From Selenomonadaceae bacterium (GTDB lineage Bacteria > Bacillota > Clostridia > Oscillospirales > CAG-272), in contig CAVBUH010000058.1 in assembly GCA_963598415.1 (NCBI GenBank), forward strand, positions 16,421-80,420: 64,000 nt of DNA. The letters run 5' to 3'. Positions 30,068-41,138 of the stretch are shown here, in pieces (within the stretch, counting starts at the first letter, position 1; the number at the start of each line of letters is the position of its first letter). A program made the position numbers and the translations under genes. A model generated the notes under the pieces. The model was not told the DNA's origin and did no database searches. It was given only the letters and a program-made list of their open reading frames with translations.

Positions 30068-31498
30068 ATGAAGGAATTTTATGAAAATCCCCTCTGTGTA
30101 AGATACTCGAGTGATGAGATGAAGAGAATCTTTTCTGCGGATTGCAAGTTTTCAACATGGAGAAAGCTTTGGATTGCTCTTGCTGAGAGCGAGCAGGAGC
30201 TTGGTCTTGCTATCACAAAAGAGCAGATTGAGGAAATGAAGGCGCATATCTATGATATAGATTATGATGCCGCTGCAAAATATGAGTCTGAGCTTCGCCA
30301 TGATGTTATGGCGCACGTTCGTACATACGGGGACGCTTGTCCTAATGCTAAGCCGATTATTCATCTCGGAGCAACCTCTTGTTATGTCGGGGATAATACG
30401 GATATTATACAAATGCGCGACGCGCTTTTGCTGATAAAAAAGCTGCTTGTAAACGCAATTTCGGCGCTTGGCTCCTTTGCAGAGAAATATAAGGAGGTTC
30501 CCACTCTTGCTTATACGCATTTTCAAGCCGCTCAGCCTACTACTGTCGGCAAGCGAGCAACGCTCTGGGCGCAGGATCTGATACTTGATTTAGACAATCT
30601 CGATCATGTTCTTTCCCGTCTGAAGCTTTTGGGCTGCAAGGGAACTACCGGAACCGGCGCAAGCTTTGTCGCTCTTTTTGACGGCGACACCGAAAAGGTA
30701 AAGCTACTTGAAAAAAAGATTGCTGAGAAGATGGGATTCAGCGGTGCTGTTGCTGTTTCCGGACAGACTTATACAAGAAAAATCGATTATTTTGTACTTT
30801 CCGTCTTATCGGGAATCGCACAAAGTGCTTCCAAATTTGCAGGCGATATCCGTTTGCTTTCGCATATGAAGGAGTTTGACGAGCCATTTGAGAGTAAGCA
30901 GATCGGTTCTTCCGCTATGGCATATAAGAGGAATCCCATGAGAAGTGAGCGCATTGCGTCGCTTTCAAGGTATGTTATTGCCGACACGCTCAATCCTGCT
31001 GTAACGGCAGCAACACAATGGCTTGAAAGAACCCTTGACGATTCGGCAAACCGCCGTATCAGTATTCCTGAGGCTTTTCTTGCTGTTGACGGTATCCTTT
31101 CTCTTTATATCAATGTGATTTCCAACGGAAATGTATATCCGAAGGTTATGGAGAAGCATTTGAATGAAGAACTTCCGTTCATGGCTACCGAAAATATCAT
31201 GATGTATTGTGTCAGAAAAGGAGGAGATCGTCAGGAGCTTCATGAGGCCATAAGGGAATTGTCGGTTGCTGTTACAAAGCAGATAAAGCTGAACGGGGCA
31301 GACAATAATCTCCTTGAATTGATTTTAAATGATAAACGCTTCGGTATTACGAAGTCTGAACTTGACGATATTCTTCATGTTCGTAACTTTATAGGAATGG
31401 CGCCAGAACAGACAGAAGAATTTATAAACAACGAGATAGAACCTGTTCTCGCTTCCAATCGAGATTTTCTTGGTCTTGATATAAACATCCGCGTCTGA
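30068..31498 (+). CDS. purB: Adenylosuccinate lyase
   Basis: YENPLCVRYSS N-terminus and the fumarate-lyase signature GSSAMAYKRNP. Start moved to ATG 30068 behind GGAGGA. Confidence 0.95.
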   Translation: MKEFYENPLCVRYSSDEMKRIFSADCKFSTWRKLWIALAESEQELGLAITKEQIEEMKAHIYDIDYDAAAKYESELRHDVMAHVRTYGDACPNAKPIIHLGATSCYVGDNTDIIQMRDALLLIKKLLVNAISALGSFAEKYKEVPTLAYTHFQAAQPTTVGKRATLWAQDLILDLDNLDHVLSRLKLLGCKGTTGTGASFVALFDGDTEKVKLLEKKIAEKMGFSGAVAVSGQTYTRKIDYFVLSVLSGIAQSASKFAGDIRLLSHMKEFDEPFESKQIGSSAMAYKRNPMRSERIASLSRYVIADTLNPAVTAATQWLERTLDDSANRRISIPEAFLAVDGILSLYINVISNGNVYPKVMEKHLNEELPFMATENIMMYCVRKGGDRQELHEAIRELSVAVTKQIKLNGADNNLLELILNDKRFGITKSELDDILHVRNFIGMAPEQTEEFINNEIEPVLASNRDFLGLDINIRV

Positions 31499-31530
31499 GA
31501 TAATCGCATAAACTGAAAGAAGGAATATTA

Positions 31531-32805
31531 ATGTTAACAGCAATTGTCGGAATTAACTGGGGAGACGAGGGAAAAGGCCGTATGGTGGATCTGCTTTCCC
31601 GAAAATTTGATATTGTTTCCCGGTATCAGGGGGGGAATAATGCCGGGCATACGGTGGTCAATGAAAAAGGAAAATTTATTCTCAATCTTCTTCCGTCAGG
31701 AATACTCAGAGACAGTACCGTAAATGTGATGGGACCGGGAATGGTGATTGACGTTGAGCATCTTTACGGAGAGGTGCAGAAGCTGCGCGACGCCGGAATT
31801 GTGATTACGCCTGATCATTTGAAGATAAGCGACAGGGCAACCATTTGTATGCCGTATCATAAGCTTCTCGATTGTCTTGAGGAGGAACGCCTGGCAGATA
31901 AAAAATTCGGCTCAACAAGACGCGGTATAGCCCCGGTGTATGCCGATAAATATATGAAAAAGACCGTAAGAATGGGAGATTTGCTGCATCCCGAGACGCT
32001 TCCGGAAAAGCTTAACGATCTTATGGAATGGAAAAATCTCACTGTTAATAAGGGATACGGACATGATAAGATTACCCCGGAGGCGATGCTTGAGTGGCTT
32101 AATACTTATGCCATGCCGTTTGTTCCCTATATAACCAATACGACAAAGTATCTCGGAGAGGCTGCTAAAAATGGGAAAAACATTATGTTTGAAGCGCAGC
32201 TTGGGGCGCTCCGCGATATAGACTTCGGAATATATCCTTACACTTCCTCTTCTTCTACTATCGCGGCTTACGCTCCTATCGGGGCGGGAATTCCGCAGTG
32301 CAGACTTGACGAGGTTATCGGAATTATGAAAGCATATTCGTCTTGCGTGGGTGAAGGTCCTTTTACCTGTGAACTTTTTGGAAGTGATGGGGATGCGCTT
32401 CGTGAGGCGGGAGGCGAATACGGTGCAGCGACCGGTCGGCCGAGACGTGTCGGAGGTTTTGATGCTGTGGCATCGAGATATGGAGCTCTTGTTCAGGGAG
32501 CTACTTGTATCGCAGTAACAAAACTTGATGTGCTTTCTTATCTTGAAAAAATACCGGTGTGTGTTGCCTATGAGGTAAATGGCGTCAGAACCGAGGATTT
32601 TCCGATGGGAGTCGAGCTTGCTGAAGCAAAGCCGGTTTATGAATTTTTCGACGGCTGGATGAGTGATATTTCAAGCTGCCGCAGATTTTCCGAGCTTCCC
32701 GAAAATGCTCAGAGGTATGTCCGCTATCTTGAAACTAGTGTGGGCTGTCCGGTGAAGTATGTGTCTGTCGGTGCCGAGCGCGAGCAATACATTCAGATGT
32801 TTTGA
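31531..32805 (+). CDS. purA: Adenylosuccinate synthase
   Basis: GINWGDEGKGRMVD P-loop, GGNNAGHT, and the TKLDVL motif. Confidence 0.95.
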   Translation: MLTAIVGINWGDEGKGRMVDLLSRKFDIVSRYQGGNNAGHTVVNEKGKFILNLLPSGILRDSTVNVMGPGMVIDVEHLYGEVQKLRDAGIVITPDHLKISDRATICMPYHKLLDCLEEERLADKKFGSTRRGIAPVYADKYMKKTVRMGDLLHPETLPEKLNDLMEWKNLTVNKGYGHDKITPEAMLEWLNTYAMPFVPYITNTTKYLGEAAKNGKNIMFEAQLGALRDIDFGIYPYTSSSSTIAAYAPIGAGIPQCRLDEVIGIMKAYSSCVGEGPFTCELFGSDGDALREAGGEYGAATGRPRRVGGFDAVASRYGALVQGATCIAVTKLDVLSYLEKIPVCVAYEVNGVRTEDFPMGVELAEAKPVYEFFDGWMSDISSCRRFSELPENAQRYVRYLETSVGCPVKYVSVGAEREQYIQMF

Positions 32806-32823
32806 ATTTGTTTTTTATCAGTA

Positions 32824-32850
32824 TGGGCTGTTGCTGAAAGCAACAGCCCA
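32824..32850. terminator. Hairpin terminator between purA and the convergent AraC gene
   Basis: TGGGCTGTTGC / GCAACAGCCCA 11 bp stem with a TGAAA loop. Confidence 0.6.
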
Positions 32851-32977
32851 TTCAGTTTCCAGCGAATGCCGTCTATGCGTACAAGAGAGTGTAAAACCAT
32901 GAACAATCAAAAACATAAAAATTGAGCTTGTTTGTGCTGTTTTTCGGTTATTTAGCAGTCATTATATAACATTTATT

Positions 32978-33760
32978 TCATTCCTTCAGGCTTTCTTTTC
33001 TGTACATTGCCGGAGGTAACCCGACCGCACTTTTGAATTGACGTATAAAATGAGAGAGATTATTATATCCGAGAGCTTCGGCAATAGATGCTATAGAGTC
33101 CTTACTAAAGGAGAGCGCGCTTTTGGCACTTTCGATTCTTGCGTTGATGAGGTCATCTATGGGGGCGGAACCGTACATGGATTTATAGACGCTGAAAAAT
33201 CTCGATTCACTGAGATTTACTTCTTTTGCCATCTCCGCCACGGTCCAGTGATGTCCAAGGGAAGAGAATACGCTGCCTCTCAGCTTTCGCAGTCGCTCTT
33301 CTGTACCCAGGTCGATCGGTATAGCCGATTCTCCTCCGCAGGCACGTGAGAGCTTTATTAACAGTTCTGCCATTTTTAATGTCAGCATGTCGTCGCTGTT
33401 ATTTTTTTCAGCATAAAATTCGGCTTCACATTCCCTGATGATTGCCGTGATAAAATCATGAGTTGCCGGATAGTAAAGCGTATCTGTTGTGATGCCGAAT
33501 CGAGAGAGAAGCGGTATCAGATCACCGGATATATGAATCCAATCATGTGTAAGTGCTTGTCTGCTGATAAATTTCTGAGGAGTTTTGATATCATAGATTA
33601 TACAGGCATGGGAAGCGGTTTTTACCATTTTTCCATCGTTCAGTAATTCAACACTGTTGAAAAAATGGAGAAAAGTATATTGGGTGTGTCCGTTGGGACG
33701 ATTAATGACAAATCCTGCCTTTTCCGGCCACGCATGTCTTATAGCTTCGATTTTAAACAT
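32978..33760 (-). CDS. AraC family transcriptional regulator
   Basis: C-terminal HTH_AraC (IASIAEALGYNNLSHFIRQFKSAVGLPP). Divergent from the GH2 gene. Start set to ATG 33760 behind GGAGG. Confidence 0.88.
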   Translation of the reverse strand: MFKIEAIRHAWPEKAGFVINRPNGHTQYTFLHFFNSVELLNDGKMVKTASHACIIYDIKTPQKFISRQALTHDWIHISGDLIPLLSRFGITTDTLYYPATHDFITAIIRECEAEFYAEKNNSDDMLTLKMAELLIKLSRACGGESAIPIDLGTEERLRKLRGSVFSSLGHHWTVAEMAKEVNLSESRFFSVYKSMYGSAPIDDLINARIESAKSALSFSKDSIASIAEALGYNNLSHFIRQFKSAVGLPPAMYRKESLKE

Positions 33761-33909
33761 ATTATTTTTATACCTCCGGTGAGAGTAATAAGAGTATAAC
33801 ACTTGCAGTAGAATATGTCAATAAAATCGGATATTATGTTATTGAATTTTCTTTTGTAAAATACTATAATTAAACTGTTAAAGCAAAAAAATTATAGAGA
33901 GGATAAGAT

Positions 33910-35610
33910 ATGATTTACAGAGAAGAGCATCCAAAACCCCAATTTGAACGCAGAGATTGGATAAATTTGAACGGCGAATGGCAGTTTGAAATTGACCGTG
34001 GAAACAGCGGAGAAGAGAGAAAAATATACGCAGACGACATCACGTTGAAAAATGTGATTGTGGTGCCGTTTTGTCCGCAGAGTGAGCTTTCGGGAATAGA
34101 AGATAAGGATTTCATGAGTTCCGTATGGTATAAGCGAACCTTTGAACTTACGGAAGATCAGCTTTTTGGTCGTGTATATGCACACTTTGGCGCGGTGGAT
34201 TACCTTGCGACAGTATATGTAAACGGTCAGAAATGCGGTTCTCACAAAGGAGGATATGTTTCCTTCAGAGTTGATATTACCGATGCGGTACATGCCGGAA
34301 TGAATACAGTAACGGTGCATGCCGAAGACGATGAAAGAAATCGATTGATCCCAAGGGGAAAGCAGTGTGAGGGTTATTATTCGTGCGGATGCGATTATAC
34401 CCGTACCACAGGTATCTGGCAAACCGTTTGGCTTGAATTTGTTCCTGAAACTCACATTGAAAAAGTAAAGTATTATCCCTCTGTAAGCGCCAACACGCTT
34501 ACGCTGAGAGCAGAGGTCAAGGGTGCGGCACTTTTTACGGCAGAGGTTTTCTATGAAGGAAAACCGATGGGGAAGGCTTCTTCCGTTTCTTGCGGCGAGC
34601 AGATTTCTTTGACAATAACGCTTTCCGAAAAACATCTTTGGGAGGTCGGTAAAGGGGGACTGTATGATATTGTCCTTACCTATGGAGAAGATAGGGTAAA
34701 GAGCTATTTCGGTCTGAGAAGCATTGATTATCGTGACTATAAGTTCTTTCTTAACGGAAGATCGGTTTTTCAGCGTCTTATACTCGATCAAGGATTTTAT
34801 CCCGACGGCATTTATACTGCGCCGTCTGACAAGGAGCTTGAGGCTGATATTGACCGTTCAATGGCGATGGGCTTCAACGGCGCAAGACTTCATGAGAAGG
34901 TATTTGAAGAGAGATTCCTTTATCATGCCGATCGTAAGGGATATCTTGTATGGGGAGAATTTCCGAACTGGGGACTTGATCACTCTTATGCTGATTCCAT
35001 ATACGGAATACTCCCCGAATGGCTTGAAGAAGTTGACCGCGACTTCAATCATCCGTCCATTGTAGGGTGGTGTCCTTTCAACGAGACTTGGGATCAGAAG
35101 GGCAGAAAGCAATACGACGATTGTTTGGCACTTGTTTATAAGGCTACCAAGGCTGCAGATCCGACACGTCCCTGTATTGATACAAGCGGAAACTATCATG
35201 TCGTTACCGATATTTATGATGTGCATAACTACGAACAGAATCCGGAAATTTTGGCAGCACACTACGAAAAGCTTGCTCAAGACGGCACACATACCGATCA
35301 CTGTGGTCATCGTCAGCACTATGACGGAAAATTGCCTTTCTTCGTCAGCGAGTATGGAGGTATACGGTGGTCGAATAAAGGAGGATGGGGATACGGAAAC
35401 GCACCTCAAACAGAGGAGGAATTTCTTACCCGGCTTAAAGGGCTTACCGACGTGCTTCTTGATAACCCGAGAATGTTTGCTCTTTGCTATACACAGCTTA
35501 CCGATGTGGAGCAGGAACAGAACGGACTTTATACTTACGACAGAAAGGAAAAATTCCCCGCGGAAATAATTCATCCGATTTTCTCAAGAAAAGCTAAAAT
35601 TGAGGATTAA
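33910..35610 (+). CDS. Glycoside hydrolase family 2 protein
   Basis: GH2 sugar-binding and TIM-barrel pattern (LNGEWQF, VYVNGQKCGSHKGGY, GFNGARLHEK, WCPFNE...). The stop TAA abuts repeat copy C. Confidence 0.85.
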   Translation: MIYREEHPKPQFERRDWINLNGEWQFEIDRGNSGEERKIYADDITLKNVIVVPFCPQSELSGIEDKDFMSSVWYKRTFELTEDQLFGRVYAHFGAVDYLATVYVNGQKCGSHKGGYVSFRVDITDAVHAGMNTVTVHAEDDERNRLIPRGKQCEGYYSCGCDYTRTTGIWQTVWLEFVPETHIEKVKYYPSVSANTLTLRAEVKGAALFTAEVFYEGKPMGKASSVSCGEQISLTITLSEKHLWEVGKGGLYDIVLTYGEDRVKSYFGLRSIDYRDYKFFLNGRSVFQRLILDQGFYPDGIYTAPSDKELEADIDRSMAMGFNGARLHEKVFEERFLYHADRKGYLVWGEFPNWGLDHSYADSIYGILPEWLEEVDRDFNHPSIVGWCPFNETWDQKGRKQYDDCLALVYKATKAADPTRPCIDTSGNYHVVTDIYDVHNYEQNPEILAAHYEKLAQDGTHTDHCGHRQHYDGKLPFFVSEYGGIRWSNKGGWGYGNAPQTEEEFLTRLKGLTDVLLDNPRMFALCYTQLTDVEQEQNGLYTYDRKEKFPAEIIHPIFSRKAKIED

Positions 35611-35790
35611 TTAAGGCAATACCGCACAATGATTGTTGAGCAGTAGCGCCGCCGGATTTTTCGTCAGACGATATAAATTGAGGAAGCAAGAGTAACTCCT
35701 CTGTCGACGAAATTTGTGAAGTATGACGGAAAAGCTGCAAGCAAATGTGCAATAAAGGCGTTAGCTGTGTACCCGGCGGTATTGCCTTCA
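35611..35790 (+). mobile_element. MITE-like palindromic repeat, family 1, subfamily 1 (copy C)
   Basis: 180 bp, TTAAGGCAATACCGCACAATGATTG ... CCCGGCGGTATTGCCTTCA. Begins at the nucleotide after the GH2 stop codon. Confidence 0.9.
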
Positions 35791-35805
35791 TAAGGATTTC
35801 ATCAT

Positions 35806-35847
35806 GAAAAAGAGGCTGTTAAAAAACTTGATGTTTTTTAACAGCCT
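35806..35847 (-). terminator. Strong hairpin, probable terminator of the pfl operon
   Basis: 15 bp stem AGGCTGTTAAAAAAC / GTTTTTTAACAGCCT. On the minus strand it is followed by CTTTTTC. Confidence 0.5.
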
Positions 35848-36118
35848 TATAAATTGCGGACGAAAATTCGATATTTTTTTCGGACTTGCTCCGATTTCGG
35901 TTGGAGTAAAACCGGATGCCGCATGAATCGATAGACCGGATAAAAGGCGGACGGGAAACCGTTTATTGTCTGAACCGGTTGTTTTGTCTTGCTGTTTTAC
36001 ACTTCAGATGTTTACTGTATCGGCAAAACGCTGTCTTCCTGACGGCAGGATCTGTGTAAGAGGACTTCTCATGTTCATGAGACAAATCAGGGGAAAATTC
36101 GATGCGGCGGTAAAAAGC

Positions 36119-36162
36119 TTTAAGGGAATACCGCACAATGATTATTGCACAGATGCGCCGCA
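36119..36162 (+). repeat. Solo left-end fragment of the family 1 repeat (copy D)
   Basis: TTAAGGGAATACCGCACAATGATTATTGCACAGATGCGCCGC matches the first ~44 nt of subfamily 1, then diverges. Confidence 0.7.
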
Positions 36163-36197
36163 AAAATAGTGCGATATTTCCTTAACACTGTACCTGA

Positions 36198-36911
36198 CTA
36201 CTGTAGATATTTTGGAATCATTGCCTTCAGTCTTTGTATCGTATTATTGTCACATTCAGGCACAGCGGAAAGGGGGAACGGAATGCAGAGAGTATCATAC
36301 TTTGCAGTACAGAGCTTTCTGAAAGGAAGAAGCTCAATTTTCCTCAGATTAGAATAAGGTGAAACAAGTCTGATGATTTCGGAAATTTCTTCTTCGGAAT
36401 CCGTGATTCCCGGTACAACAACATGGCGTATCCACAGTGGTACAGATAATTTTTCGGTCAGCGACAGAAATTTGAATACTTCGGATAAGCTGCCGGAACA
36501 GTACTTTCGATAAAGCTCGTCCGATATAAATTTAACATCGCATATTACGAGATCGGTAAGATTTAACAGTTCCTCCGTATATTCGTTCGCTCCGATTCCG
36601 GAGGTGTCTATGGCGGTATGTATATTGCTTCGGCGGCAGAGTGAAAAAAGATCGGCGACAAATTTACTTTGCAAAAGAGGCTCTCCTCCACTTACTGTAA
36701 CGCCTCCGGAATCCCCGAAGTAGGGGATGCATCTTCTTATCTTGTGAAAAATTTCCTCTGCCGTCATCTCAAATCCGCCGGATGCTTGCCATGTTTCAGG
36801 ATTATGACAGTAAATACATCTGAGAAGACATCCCTGCATAAATACAAGATATCTAACTCCGGGACCGTCAGCAGCTCCGAGACTCTGAAGAGAACTGATT
36901 CTGCCTTTCAT
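36198..36911 (-). CDS. pflA: Pyruvate formate-lyase activating enzyme
   Basis: Radical SAM cluster motif CLLRCIYCHN. Lies immediately downstream of pflB. Confidence 0.93.
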   Translation of the reverse strand: MKGRISSLQSLGAADGPGVRYLVFMQGCLLRCIYCHNPETWQASGGFEMTAEEIFHKIRRCIPYFGDSGGVTVSGGEPLLQSKFVADLFSLCRRSNIHTAIDTSGIGANEYTEELLNLTDLVICDVKFISDELYRKYCSGSLSEVFKFLSLTEKLSVPLWIRHVVVPGITDSEEEISEIIRLVSPYSNLRKIELLPFRKLCTAKYDTLCIPFPLSAVPECDNNTIQRLKAMIPKYLQ

Positions 36912-39143
36912 TTACAGCGTCTCATGGAAGGTTCTGGATATGACTTCCTTTTGCTGTTCCCTTGAGAGCTTATGGAAATTAACGGCATATCCTGATACTC
37001 TTATGGTGAGATTCGGATATTTATCGGGATTTTCCATAGCGTCAATTAGGGCTTCGCGGTTCAGAACGTTTATGTTGATATGCTGAGCCATCTTACTGAA
37101 ATAGCCGTCGATTATGCCGGAGAGATTTGCATATCTTGTTTCATCGTCATTTCCGAGCGCCTGCGGGATAATAGAGAAGGTATTGGAAATGCCGTCTTTA
37201 CATATATCGTAGGATATTTTTGCTACCGAGTTAAGTGACGCAAGAGCACCGTTTTTTTCTCGGTTATGCATGGGGTTCGCACCGGGAGCAAAGGGCTCTC
37301 CAGCTTTGCGGCCGTCGGGAGTAGAGCCTGTTTTCTTTCCGTATACGACATTTGACGTAATAGTGAGAATTGACAGAGTATGCTCAGCGTTTCTGTATGT
37401 GGGGATTTTTCTCAGCTCGGCAAGGAATTTTTCGACCTGCTCAACGGCAAGCATGTCCACTCTGTCATCGTCGTTTCCGTAGGTAGGAAAGCTTCCTTCT
37501 GTCATAAAATCAGTGATAAGCCCTGTGCTGTCGCGTATTACCTTTACTTTTGCGTATTTTATAGCCGAAAGAGAATCGGCAAGTACGGAAAGACCGGCCG
37601 CACCAAACGCCATAAAACGGTGAACGTCAGTATCGTGAAGCGCCATTTGGGTTTTCTCATATGCGTACTTATCATGCATATAATGTATCATATTCATGGC
37701 GGTTACATAGGTACGGGCAAGCCAGGGACGGTATCTGTCAAGAAGAGCGATAACTTTATCATACTCAAGATACTCTCCTGAATAGGGCTCTGAAGCCGGA
37801 GCAACCTGCTTCCCGCTTTTTTCATCGCGTCCGCCGTTCAGACTCATAAGAAGCAGCTTGGCAAGGTTTGCTCTTGCACCGAAAAACTGCATATCTTTTC
37901 CGATTCTCATAGCCGATACACAGCAGGCAATACCGTAATCGTCACCGAACTGAGGTCTCATGACGTCGTCGTTTTCATACTGAATGGCATCGGTGTCACA
38001 GGAAACTTTTGCTGCAAATCGCTTAAAGGCTGTCGGAAGCCGCGACGACCAGAGTACTGTAAGATTCGGCTCGGCAGACGGACCGAGATTATAAAGTGTG
38101 TTCAGAAAACGGAAAGAGGATTTTGTAACGAGGGTGCGCCCATCAATCCCCATTCCACCGATGGATTCGGTTATCCACATAGGATCTCCCGCAAAAAGCT
38201 CGTTGTATTCAGGCGTTCTCAGGTGCCGCGCCATTCTGAGCTTGATAACAAAATCGTCAATGATTTCCTGGGCTTCGCTTTCGGTAATCGTACCGTTGTT
38301 CAGATCGCGGGTAAAATATATATCAAGAAAAGTGCTTGTACGACCAAGACTCATCGCCGCTCCGTTTTGTTCTTTTATAGCGGCAAGATAAGCGAAGTAG
38401 AGCCATTGAACGGCTTCTTTGGAATTGCAGGCGGGTTCGGAAATGTCATAACCATACATTTGCGCCATTTCTTTTGTTTTTGAAAGGAAAGCGATTTGTT
38501 GATAGAGTTCTTCCAGGAGCCGGATTTTGTCGGCATCGAGCAGTTCATTGGAGATTCGTTCTTTATCCGATTTTTTTTGCTCAATCAGGTAATTTATACC
38601 GTAAAGAGCGACTCTGCGATAGTCGCCGATGATTCTTCCTCTGCCATAAGCGTCGGGCAGTCCCGTGATGATTCCGCAGTGTCTTGCGGCGCGAATGTCA
38701 TCATTATAAACGCGAAAAACACCGTCGTTGTGTGTTGTTCTGTAAGTAAACTCTTTTTCTACTTCCTCCGAAAGCGTATAGCCATATGCTTCACAGGCTC
38801 TCCTTGTCATTTTTATTCCTCCAAAGGGATTTACTCCCCTTTTAAGAGGTTTGTCTGTTTGCAGTCCTACGATGATTTCATTATCTTTATCAAGATATCC
38901 GGGCTTATAATTTGTTACCGATGTTACCGTGTGGGTATCGATTTCAAGTACGCCATTTCTTTCTTGTTCAAGCCTAAGCAGTAAATTTAATTTTTCCATC
39001 AGGGCAGCCGTTCTTTGAGTGGCGGGAGCAAGAAAACGCTCATCCCCTGAATAAGGAGTATAATTTGTCTGTATAAAATTCTGCAAATTTATCTCGTTTT
39101 GCCATGCGCCGGGGATAAAACCGTTCCACGCAGCAGTATTCAT
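36912..39143 (-). CDS. pflB: Formate C-acetyltransferase (pyruvate formate-lyase)
   Basis: Glycyl radical motif RVSGYAVNF at the C-terminus and active-site CCVS. Start set to ATG 39143 (MNTAAWNGF) behind GAGGGAA. Confidence 0.95.
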   Translation of the reverse strand: MNTAAWNGFIPGAWQNEINLQNFIQTNYTPYSGDERFLAPATQRTAALMEKLNLLLRLEQERNGVLEIDTHTVTSVTNYKPGYLDKDNEIIVGLQTDKPLKRGVNPFGGIKMTRRACEAYGYTLSEEVEKEFTYRTTHNDGVFRVYNDDIRAARHCGIITGLPDAYGRGRIIGDYRRVALYGINYLIEQKKSDKERISNELLDADKIRLLEELYQQIAFLSKTKEMAQMYGYDISEPACNSKEAVQWLYFAYLAAIKEQNGAAMSLGRTSTFLDIYFTRDLNNGTITESEAQEIIDDFVIKLRMARHLRTPEYNELFAGDPMWITESIGGMGIDGRTLVTKSSFRFLNTLYNLGPSAEPNLTVLWSSRLPTAFKRFAAKVSCDTDAIQYENDDVMRPQFGDDYGIACCVSAMRIGKDMQFFGARANLAKLLLMSLNGGRDEKSGKQVAPASEPYSGEYLEYDKVIALLDRYRPWLARTYVTAMNMIHYMHDKYAYEKTQMALHDTDVHRFMAFGAAGLSVLADSLSAIKYAKVKVIRDSTGLITDFMTEGSFPTYGNDDDRVDMLAVEQVEKFLAELRKIPTYRNAEHTLSILTITSNVVYGKKTGSTPDGRKAGEPFAPGANPMHNREKNGALASLNSVAKISYDICKDGISNTFSIIPQALGNDDETRYANLSGIIDGYFSKMAQHININVLNREALIDAMENPDKYPNLTIRVSGYAVNFHKLSREQQKEVISRTFHETL

Positions 39144-39369
39144 TTTCGTTCCCTCGCAATTCAAATATATTTCGTCATATACCGACATATATATTATAAT
39201 ATATTTTACATGTAAGGTCAATGTCAATTCATACTGTTTTCACGTAAAATGAAATAGAATATTAGGTTGATTATGACCTCAAAATAAAAATTACTGCGGA
39301 GGTGCAAAAGTATGCTTTCAGAATTAATTTTGAGCGGAGCTGTTCATTCTGTAAATCGAAGTTAAAGTT

Positions 39370-39549
39370 TTAAGGTAACACCGTATAATTCACTGCTTGC
39401 GCCTTGACAGCATATCTGCTTGTCCATTTTCTGTTACACTTCACAAATTTTGTCGGCTGAGGGAACCGTTCTTGTTTCCTCAATTGGTATCGTTGATAAA
39501 AAATATGCCTGCGCATTTGTACCGTCAGAACCCAGCGGCATTGCCTTAA
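39370..39549 (-). mobile_element. MITE-like palindromic repeat, family 1, subfamily 2 (copy E)
   Basis: 180 bp, TTAAGGTAACACCG ... CAGCGGCATTGCCTTAA, with the core CACTTCACAAATTTTGTCGG...CCTCAATTGGTATCG. Confidence 0.88.
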
Positions 39550-39912
39550 AATAAAAATGCAATAACAGAGTTCGGTCTGAACTCTGTATAAAAGGGCGGC
39601 AATTTCCGCTGCTTAAGCCGGAAAGAAAAAACAATCACGAATTTTCCTCGACGGATTAGTGAAAAATAAAAAGATAAAAAATCTCCCCGAACTTAGTCCG
39701 GAGAGATTTTTGTCCTTACACTACAATTTAAATGCCGATTGATGTGAAAACGATTTAGGTGCCGCTTACTTACGAGTGAGTACACCTATCCCTTTGCGAT
39801 GACAAGAAGGAAAAGTATCTGCTATCTTTCGGATTTTTTGCTTCATACGCGCAAACAAATCTATGTAAAAATTCAAGTAAGAATTCTGTTCTATTGTAAT
39901 ATTGCGGAATAA

Positions 39913-40539
39913 CTATATTATGCCTAAATTCAAATTGATAGGTGTCGCATTATACGATTTATCAGCCCAACCTTTATCCCTTTGGCCATTTTCGTCATAT
40001 AATTCTGCTTCTTCAATCCACACAAATACAACCATTTCTTTTGTTTCATTTTCTTCAAATGAAATCTCTAAATTATCAAATATTTCGTTTTTAGACTTAA
40101 AGTGCAAAAGCGTATCGGGGTCATTATCTTTATGATATATGCCTTCTTTTTCATCGTAATATTTATAAACTTTAAGTTCGCTGTCAATCAAAATTGCAAC
40201 TCTTACATAGTCTATAACATACTTGTTCGGTTGAGTTAAATACATTGAGAGTGTGTAGTTATCTTCGGTGGTGCTGTTTAGATTGATTTTGTAAATTTTA
40301 GCGTTTGATTGGGATTTTTCGCTACCGCTAAAATCAATATTTGCATAGTTCTCTGTAGGTTGCCTGTTAAAGTCAGAATCCTCAAAATTCTTTGAAGTTG
40401 TTTTTTCTTCTCCGTCTAATATACGGATACTTTTGTTAGAAGAAACTACATTTAACGATGTATTATAACTTTTATCACAACCAGCAAAACACAATAGTAG
40501 GAATATCATACTTAAGATTAAAGCTAATAATTTTTTCAT
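39913..40539 (-). CDS. Hypothetical lipoprotein
   Basis: Signal peptide with lipobox (LLLCFAGC). Sits in a visibly AT-rich stretch. No family recognised. Confidence 0.6.
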   Translation of the reverse strand: MKKLLALILSMIFLLLCFAGCDKSYNTSLNVVSSNKSIRILDGEEKTTSKNFEDSDFNRQPTENYANIDFSGSEKSQSNAKIYKINLNSTTEDNYTLSMYLTQPNKYVIDYVRVAILIDSELKVYKYYDEKEGIYHKDNDPDTLLHFKSKNEIFDNLEISFEENETKEMVVFVWIEEAELYDENGQRDKGWADKSYNATPINLNLGII

Positions 40540-41100
40540 AACAATTTACTCCTTCTTCCGTTTAATTTTGATATCTCAGCTTAATTCTGTTTGTTCTCCT
40601 TGGTGGTGTTGATGGCAGAGATAAGCATTTTTTTATCTTGAGGCAATCTGCAAGCAACGATTTTCCCATATCCTTGGTAATATAATCGGACATTTGAAGT
40701 AGCTTCATTCAATACTCCGTTTCGGAGGTTACTTTGAGGGCGATATGCAGTTTCGCAATAAAGTCCGCTTTGTCCGTAATTTGCCTCGTTGATATTGGAT
40801 TCAATCAAGTACCACTACGAACAAATTTGCTTTGAAATAATCGTTTCCTTCTTGGTTCTAATCAAATATTGATGAAGTTTTACAATGCGTGATGAGAAAA
40901 TAATGAATTTATCAATCAAAGCATTTTTTCATATTGCACCTCCGACTTTATGTTACCTTCATTATAGCATGCAAAAGTATGGGTGTCAATCAATTATTCA
41001 TTATTCATCAGCGAGCTTGCGAGCGACTTCATATTTGACGAAGTCAAATGCTTTATTATTCATTCGAAAAGGCCATCTTAATGAATAATGAATAAATACA

Positions 41101-41131
41101 AACGAAAAGCCACCAACTTGCGTTGATGGCT
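41101..41131 (-). terminator. Intrinsic terminator downstream of tRNA-Gln
   Basis: On the minus strand, a GCCATCAAC / GTTGGTGGC hairpin followed by TTTTCGTT. Confidence 0.65.
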
Positions 41132-41138
41132 CTTCGTT

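Noticed and set aside
40885-41088. A 67-codon plus-strand ORF in the AT-rich islet.
   Set aside because: It has no ribosome-binding site and low-complexity composition, and it spans the 15 bp inverted repeat structure. It is most likely non-coding.
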